Assembly: GCF_000981445.1 (NCBI RefSeq)
Contig: NC_027217.1
Coordinates: 2,790,001 to 2,823,968, forward strand
Length of the DNA: 33,968 nt
Source of the DNA: Babesia bigemina
Taxonomy: Eukaryota
Reading direction: 5' to 3'
Shown here: one piece after another, positions 28,068-33,968 of the stretch
Layout: each line of letters opens with the position of its first letter
Position numbering within the stretch: position 1 is the stretch's first letter
Made by a program: the position numbers and the translations under genes
The notes under the pieces: generated by a model
What the model saw: only the letters and a program-made list of their open reading frames with translations
Databases searched by the model: none
What the model was told of the DNA's origin: nothing

Positions 28068-31000
28068 TTATGGTTGTAGATACGATATCTTGGAAACCCT
28101 GCCAATTCTTGCAGCAGCAAGTAGTGATTGAGCGGCGATGCGATGTGATGAGGGACTATGCAAATGCGATTTGATGTGGAGCAGGTCTAGGCGGATGACC
28201 ATGATGTGGAGGAGGTACAGCAAGGAGAGGAGCCAGAGGGTGACGTTGAGCCAGAAGAATTTCTGGCGAATGTTCCACAGAAATTCTGGAATTGTGACAT
28301 GGGTGAATTCGCCGAGGACCTTACCCTTAAGTAATACATTTTGCAATGCGTGACATAAATCTTTGCAGGTGCGCTTCGTTGATTCTCCACTACTGCCACT
28401 CATGTTTGACAGGCTTTTGAAAACGAAGCCGTACTTGCATAAGGTGGGACGTGTAAAGGGGCAGTAAGCAATGGATTTGCAGTCATCGGTATGATGATCA
28501 CGTCCGACGGGTTGCGACTTTGTTTCGTTATTTGTGTATTTGACTTGACATGTTTTAGGGCAGACTTTACCATTGCACCTGGATTGCGCTGACGTGCAAT
28601 TTTGGCAGCACTCTTTTAGCAGCTGTTCGAGCAAATTATAGAACACCTCGGTGATGTAGACGATCCAGGAGAGGTATTTATCAGCGTGGTTTTCCGAAAA
28701 TACTGTCCACGTATTCATACCGAAAGGTTGCAGGTATCGACCGCAGGTTGCCGTCAACGACGACGTACTGTTGCAGCTGTAGAGACACAACAAATCTCCA
28801 GTGGTATGATTATGGGACTTATGGTCGGTAATGATTGAGTTGACGTTGAGTTCCGGATAAGGTACGCCGAAGTTGGCCCTTGTTACGGCGTCATTAAATG
28901 CGGTCATCTTATGCTTCCTGACGTCTATCGCACCTCTTGATTTGCCATGCCAATCGTGGAGTAAATTGTAGTAGAATGCGTACATATCGGATAGCGTTTG
29001 AGGAGGCCTATTTAGGAGACAAACTAAATTACTGCAAAGCTTGACAAGTGGGCTATCCATGTGACCACAAAAGTCGTAGAGTACTTTGGTGAGATGTGCG
29101 CCTTGCTTAGTATGCGACGCTACATTACTTATATCAGCAAATCCCATTGGCGTTTTACACGGCAATCCACGATGCTTGGACACGGTGCATTCCAGTTTAC
29201 AACCAACCTTGTCGAATGTATGTGGTATAAAGCCTGGCAATCCGTCTTCAAGGAATGACTGGAGGGGTGACTTAAGTCCGCACTTAGGCTGTTGGTCGTC
29301 CTTTTGATCACCGTTTTGGTTGGCCATTTGGCTGGCATTTTGGTTAACCGTTTGGTTGCATGTTTGATCGCCAATTTGGTTGCCACATTGCTTTGTGTTG
29401 CAGGTCCATGACGAGCCTCCCACGCCGTGTCCATAATAGCAATCACGCCAGCTGTTAGCCTCGTACTCACGTGAACACTGAACTAATAAGAAACACAGTT
29501 GCTCGTACACTCGAAGCAACACATCCGCAAGAATTTCTAAACATTTCGCAGGGTCCGCGGGATATACGAAACTGTCTGCGTTGCTGTTAAACTCGCAAGC
29601 ATACCGCCCGCCTGCGTGTCCATAACCCTGGATGGCGACAAGTACAGTTTCCGAATACGCGCAAACATCGCGAAGGCCATTCGACAGCTTTGTAGCCGTG
29701 ACATCTTCCGGGTAGGCCTCCAACGTGTCCGGGTCCTTATCCGATAGAGACAACTCAGCATCCGACTCGTCTTTCTCTGGCTTTTCAAACAGGTCACTGA
29801 ACCCATTGAGCGCCAGTTCCTGGTGCACGGGATTGTACGACAGACCGGAGAGCCATTGGAGCATGTCGTATATACTGCGTGGATGTTTCTTGGAACTGAG
29901 AGTGCCCAGGTGACAAACTTCGTAGTAGCCTTTGAGACAATAGTGTAGATAATCGAATAAGTCGAGCAGCGTTATTTTGTTTTCATCACCATGCTTACGA
30001 TTGTATTCATTTAATATCCATGTGTTTACGTTATCGAGATCTCTGGCGACCGGAATTGTCCGCTTGAGTTTTTCATGAACGTTTTGACCGTTCATCGTAT
30101 TACGCAATTCACCGTTGTGCACAGTGTCAGATTTTGAGACCTTATAGCCCGCTTCTTGCAAGCACGCTCCTAGAGAATTATTTTTGCCACGCAAATTAGT
30201 TAGTAGTGTCTTCCAGTTAGCAACGCATTTGGATCGCAAGTCAGACACGTCGTGACACATCACTGGTATCAAGGTGAGGAAGGCTTTGGCGCAGTTGGTT
30301 GCGTCGGCGGTTGGTCCCTCACCTTTCTTCGGATCGGTGATTTCTGTCCACACTATCTTCTTACCCGAGTACTTGTTCACGTACTGCTTTTTGAGTTCAT
30401 CAACAAATTTGCCGAACCCTTTCTTCAGAGGCGTCAACACCTTCTTGGGTGCGTCGTCCATCGTCTCCGGCTTGAATTTCGCAAGCACTTCTTCGAACTC
30501 ATCGCGCTTTTCGACGACCTTGTGATCGTGGTGTTCCGACTTCTCAATCCTCTTAAGCAGGCCCTTGAGACTATTGGTCACTGGAGTGACACGGTCGACA
30601 ACAGAAAGTATCTCAGCCTGCGACGAGAGGCTATCTGAAAATGCGTTGACACCCGTGATGAGATGTTTCACCGCCTGCACAAGTAGACATCCTTTCGGAA
30701 GATACGTGTCGGATGTCGCTGCAGCACCGGTCTGGGAGGCGGGCTGAACGTCTTTGATGTTAGTAACATTGTTGACGAAATTATATGCCAAGCGGGTGAG
30801 GAGGCCTTTTAAGCCGGCGACTTTGTCTAATTCCATAGTTTTAATAATTTCAGAAAGCTGTTTGTTGATGATACTTTGCAAGGCTTCGACTTCCTGTGTC
30901 TTTCTTTTAGCGTATAGGTCCTTGACCGTGTTTTCCATACCATGAAAAGATTCGGTTATTTTTTCAACCATCTCTTTTCGTAACGTTTGCATGACATATC

Positions 31001-33368
31001 TTACCTTCATAATAGCCTTTTCAAATACATATTTGGTTTTATGAATGCAATCGTCAAGCTCTTTTCCGACGTCGGCCACTTTACATTTAACATTTTTCAT
31101 CTTTTTGCCAAGCTCGGTGACATCATCTCTAACAGCTTTTAGATCATTGTAGACGGTCCCTGTATTGCTGTCACTTTGGCCAACGGTTGTGGTCAGAAAA
31201 CTGCTGATTTTGTTGTGAAGGTTGCAAGATTGTATTTCAAGGTGGGACTTGCCGCCCTCCACGCCTGTAGTAACACCACGCTCATTGGGGTCAGTTTGAA
31301 GCGTTACCAGCACATCTCGTATCGTTGTAAGTGTATTTTCAGCGTCTGTAGCTGGACCAACAATTTTATCCACGACTCTATTTAACTTATCAATTGTTTT
31401 GCTAGCAGTCATTTTTAAAAGGTCACTAAGTTTAGATTTGACATTTGAAGCTGCTGTGGTCGTTTCAGCTAGCGCCTTATCAATTTCCTTACCTAGCTTG
31501 CCTAGGCCACTGCCGCTTTCATAAACCGCCTTACTCATTTTATCTCCCAGCTTCGTGACGTCCGTTATTGCCGACAGCACTTGGTCGCCCAGGTGGTAAC
31601 TACTTTCTGTTGATGTGAATGATTGCAGCACTTTTGCCGCCTGGCTGGCTTTCGCACGCAATGCGGTAATGGCTGATGCGACAGCATCATTTATATTGTG
31701 ACTTTGAGAATCTTGAGATGTCGAACCCTTCATCTCTCTCTCAATTGCCTGAACTATATTGGATACGAATGTTGTTATTTCTTTGGGTGTCAGTTTTTCA
31801 TCCACTGCTTGTACAAATGACATGATGCCATTTTTGACTGCTTCAATGTTATCTTTAATGTTGCTTTTGCCCAATGCCTTAATTTTTGCTCGGCCAATTT
31901 GTTCTCCAAGTTGCATTTTAATGACACCTGCAAGTTTTCGAAATTGCTCACTACTTAGGCCAGTTTTCACAGCGCTGTGATATGATTCAGTCAGTCTACC
32001 ATTGTTATTACTAGCATATGCATCAAACCAATGTTTAACCATAACATTCTGCAGAATTTCATAAATCCATTCCTCCACTATACTCCCAAACGCCTCCCCC
32101 TCAAACGATTTTGCATAACTTTCTGCTTTATTGGCGATCTTATCTAAATGCCCATCTTCCTTCGCGACACTCTTCTCAGCCTTAGCAATCCCATCAGTCA
32201 TCTCCCTAAGCGCTGCCTGAAGTTCGCTGGGCAACGTGGCTGAAACATATCCTTGCACGTTTTGGACAACCTGCTGGGTAAGCCCTTTGATGGCGTCAGT
32301 TAATTTTAACGTATGCTCAATACCACTTTGATCTTCCACCACCTCCGCTTTAACGCCTCCAAAAATTCCTCGAAAAAATTCAATACGGAGACCCAACTGT
32401 TTCACCTGCATTTTAAGTTTCTCCTTCTCAGCTTGAATTTCTCCTTTAAGCCTGCCCGCAGCCGCCAGAATACCTTCTACCTCTTTCACGATATCCTTTC
32501 CATATCTATTTAGAATACTATTCATATTATAATTAACTTTGTTGAATGCAACCGCAGCATCCTTGTCCAAGGAGAGTAGCAGCATGTTAAATTCATTCTG
32601 CTTCATGTTATCGAGCTTAATATATAACTTGCCCACTCTATCTTTCAAATAATTTTCGATCTCCTCCGAACGTTTTCCAGCTTGCTTTGTGACGTAATGT
32701 TTAATGTAATCCATTTTGGCATCTGCCAAATCGTACATCTCCTTCATGCCTTCAACCTTCGCCGCCTCCTTGAAAGTTTCCATGGCCTGAAACAGCATTT
32801 GAATATTCGGAGTCAACTTACCTAATAACTTGGAGTCAAGATTTTTCATGTCCTTCTCCGCTGCTACGACGTGAAGTCTATACTGCTCGGCGCGTGCAGT
32901 CCAATTTTGAATCTGCGTGGAAAGATCAGACATTTTTTCGTTGTCAATATTATCTTTGTGACGTGTCAAATCGTTCATTAAATGCGTAATATTGTCTGTT
33001 ACTGCTTTCGTCTTCTTGCCTACTTCACCTTCATACCCCTCCAACCACCCCTTCACCGCGGCGACAGACACCGCAAGCCCAGCACGGCCGTGGCCAATTT
33101 TAGTATTTAAGGTGTCTAGTACATCTTTAAGCTTTGTTTGAAGATTATTATCATAAGTTATCACTTCATTTTCGTTTTTCACCGCACCAAGCACACCACT
33201 CAAAAATCCCATCACCGCATCACACAGCCTATCCAAGTCAGAGTACACAATCCCCTGGCCAGTGTAGCCTTTGGACTCAGAGTTGAAGCCGAGAAACTTT
33301 TCGAGGCCAGTGCAGAGGTTATTAAGGATGTTAGTAGGGTTATTATTTGAGGTAATTTTAAGGTTCAA
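28068..33368 (-). CDS. ves1: VESA/ves1-like large variant antigen (open frame of 1766 codons; start uncertain, possibly a pseudogene)
   Basis: LCTGLEKFLGF...GIVYSDLDRLCDAVMGFLSGVL; CGLKSPLQSFLEDGLPGFIPH; YLSWIVYI; IRQKFFWLNVTLWLLSLLYLLHIMVIRLDLLHIKSHLHSPSSHRIAAQSLLAAA...ISYLQP. The homologous ATG at 33491 is followed by an in-frame TAA (33372-33374); the next ATG is 33212. Confidence 0.8.
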   Translation of the reverse strand: MNLKITSNNNPTNILNNLCTGLEKFLGFNSESKGYTGQGIVYSDLDRLCDAVMGFLSGVLGAVKNENEVITYDNNLQTKLKDVLDTLNTKIGHGRAGLAVSVAAVKGWLEGYEGEVGKKTKAVTDNITHLMNDLTRHKDNIDNEKMSDLSTQIQNWTARAEQYRLHVVAAEKDMKNLDSKLLGKLTPNIQMLFQAMETFKEAAKVEGMKEMYDLADAKMDYIKHYVTKQAGKRSEEIENYLKDRVGKLYIKLDNMKQNEFNMLLLSLDKDAAVAFNKVNYNMNSILNRYGKDIVKEVEGILAAAGRLKGEIQAEKEKLKMQVKQLGLRIEFFRGIFGGVKAEVVEDQSGIEHTLKLTDAIKGLTQQVVQNVQGYVSATLPSELQAALREMTDGIAKAEKSVAKEDGHLDKIANKAESYAKSFEGEAFGSIVEEWIYEILQNVMVKHWFDAYASNNNGRLTESYHSAVKTGLSSEQFRKLAGVIKMQLGEQIGRAKIKALGKSNIKDNIEAVKNGIMSFVQAVDEKLTPKEITTFVSNIVQAIEREMKGSTSQDSQSHNINDAVASAITALRAKASQAAKVLQSFTSTESSYHLGDQVLSAITDVTKLGDKMSKAVYESGSGLGKLGKEIDKALAETTTAASNVKSKLSDLLKMTASKTIDKLNRVVDKIVGPATDAENTLTTIRDVLVTLQTDPNERGVTTGVEGGKSHLEIQSCNLHNKISSFLTTTVGQSDSNTGTVYNDLKAVRDDVTELGKKMKNVKCKVADVGKELDDCIHKTKYVFEKAIMKVRYVMQTLRKEMVEKITESFHGMENTVKDLYAKRKTQEVEALQSIINKQLSEIIKTMELDKVAGLKGLLTRLAYNFVNNVTNIKDVQPASQTGAAATSDTYLPKGCLLVQAVKHLITGVNAFSDSLSSQAEILSVVDRVTPVTNSLKGLLKRIEKSEHHDHKVVEKRDEFEEVLAKFKPETMDDAPKKVLTPLKKGFGKFVDELKKQYVNKYSGKKIVWTEITDPKKGEGPTADATNCAKAFLTLIPVMCHDVSDLRSKCVANWKTLLTNLRGKNNSLGACLQEAGYKVSKSDTVHNGELRNTMNGQNVHEKLKRTIPVARDLDNVNTWILNEYNRKHGDENKITLLDLFDYLHYCLKGYYEVCHLGTLSSKKHPRSIYDMLQWLSGLSYNPVHQELALNGFSDLFEKPEKDESDAELSLSDKDPDTLEAYPEDVTATKLSNGLRDVCAYSETVLVAIQGYGHAGGRYACEFNSNADSFVYPADPAKCLEILADVLLRVYEQLCFLLVQCSREYEANSWRDCYYGHGVGGSSWTCNTKQCGNQIGDQTCNQTVNQNASQMANQNGDQKDDQQPKCGLKSPLQSFLEDGLPGFIPHTFDKVGCKLECTVSKHRGLPCKTPMGFADISNVASHTKQGAHLTKVLYDFCGHMDSPLVKLCSNLVCLLNRPPQTLSDMYAFYYNLLHDWHGKSRGAIDVRKHKMTAFNDAVTRANFGVPYPELNVNSIITDHKSHNHTTGDLLCLYSCNSTSSLTATCGRYLQPFGMNTWTVFSENHADKYLSWIVYITEVFYNLLEQLLKECCQNCTSAQSRCNGKVCPKTCQVKYTNNETKSQPVGRDHHTDDCKSIAYCPFTRPTLCKYGFVFKSLSNMSGSSGESTKRTCKDLCHALQNVLLKGKVLGEFTHVTIPEFLWNIRQKFFWLNVTLWLLSLLYLLHIMVIRLDLLHIKSHLHSPSSHRIAAQSLLAAARIGRVSKISYLQP

Positions 33369-33519
33369 AATTTAGTCAAATTTCTTGTCAAGCTCCCTAG
33401 GCGACACATGGTCAGGGCAGTGGCAAGAGGTGGAAGAGGGGAAGTGAAGGGTGACAAGGCACAAGTTATTATAATGGTCTAAAGAGGTCATAGCGGTATT
33501 ATGGCGAGGTAATTCGAGG

Positions 33520-33968
33520 GATGTAGAGTGGGTTAGGGAGCGATGTAGAGTGGATTAAGGGGCGATGTAGAGTGGGTAAAGGAGCGATGTAGAGTGGATT
33601 AGGGAGCGATGTAGAGTGGGTTAAGGAGCGATGTGGAGTGGGTTAAGGAGCGATGTAGAGTGGGTTAGGGAGCGATGTAGAGTGGATTAGGGAGCGATGT
33701 GGAGTGGGTTAGGGAGCGATGTAGAGTGGATAAGGAGCGATGTAGAGTGGGTTAAGGGGCGATGTAGAGTGGGTTAAGGGGCGATGAAGAGTGGGTTAAG
33801 GGGCGATGAAGAGTGGGTTAAGGAGCGGTGTGGAGTGGGTAAAGGAGCGATGTAGAGTGGGTTAAGGGGCGATGAAGAGTGGGTTAAGGAGCGGTGTGGA
33901 GTGGGTAAAGGAGCGATGTAGAGTGGATAAAGGGGCGATGTAGAGTGGGTTAAGGGGCGATGTAGAGT
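33520..33968. repeat. G-rich 22-bp satellite (runs off window end)
   Basis: Same unit as the other two arrays. Confidence 0.97.

Noticed and set aside
33520..33968. True telomere at the window end
   Set aside because: It is the same 22-bp interstitial satellite seen twice internally, not a pure 6-7-bp telomeric repeat.

Overview
Eukaryotic, piroplasm-type (Babesia sensu stricto, B. ovata/B. bigemina-like; inferred from protein motifs) variant-antigen locus. It holds four VESA/ves1-family genes: a 5'-truncated one on + and three in tandem on -. It also has two paralogous small Cys-rich single-TM genes, a tandem set of 44-46 aa TM micro-ORFs below the ORF-track cutoff, and five satellite families (12, 20, 22, 24 and ~76 bp) in a fixed order around the genes. 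The main find is an intact 4,318-bp non-LTR retrotransposon at 17308-21625. Its single 1347-aa ORF has a Myb-like segment, RT, CCHC knuckle and PD-(D/E)xK restriction-like endonuclease (R4/Dong-like). It is inserted antisense, with a perfect 12-bp target-site duplication, into the conserved YLSWAVYLP motif of one ves gene, and the paralogous empty site is present at 7800-7811. Piroplasm genomes are generally considered free of active transposable elements, so this is unexpected. The ves genes are also mosaics of each other, and their 5' ends run directly into a G-rich 22-bp satellite.
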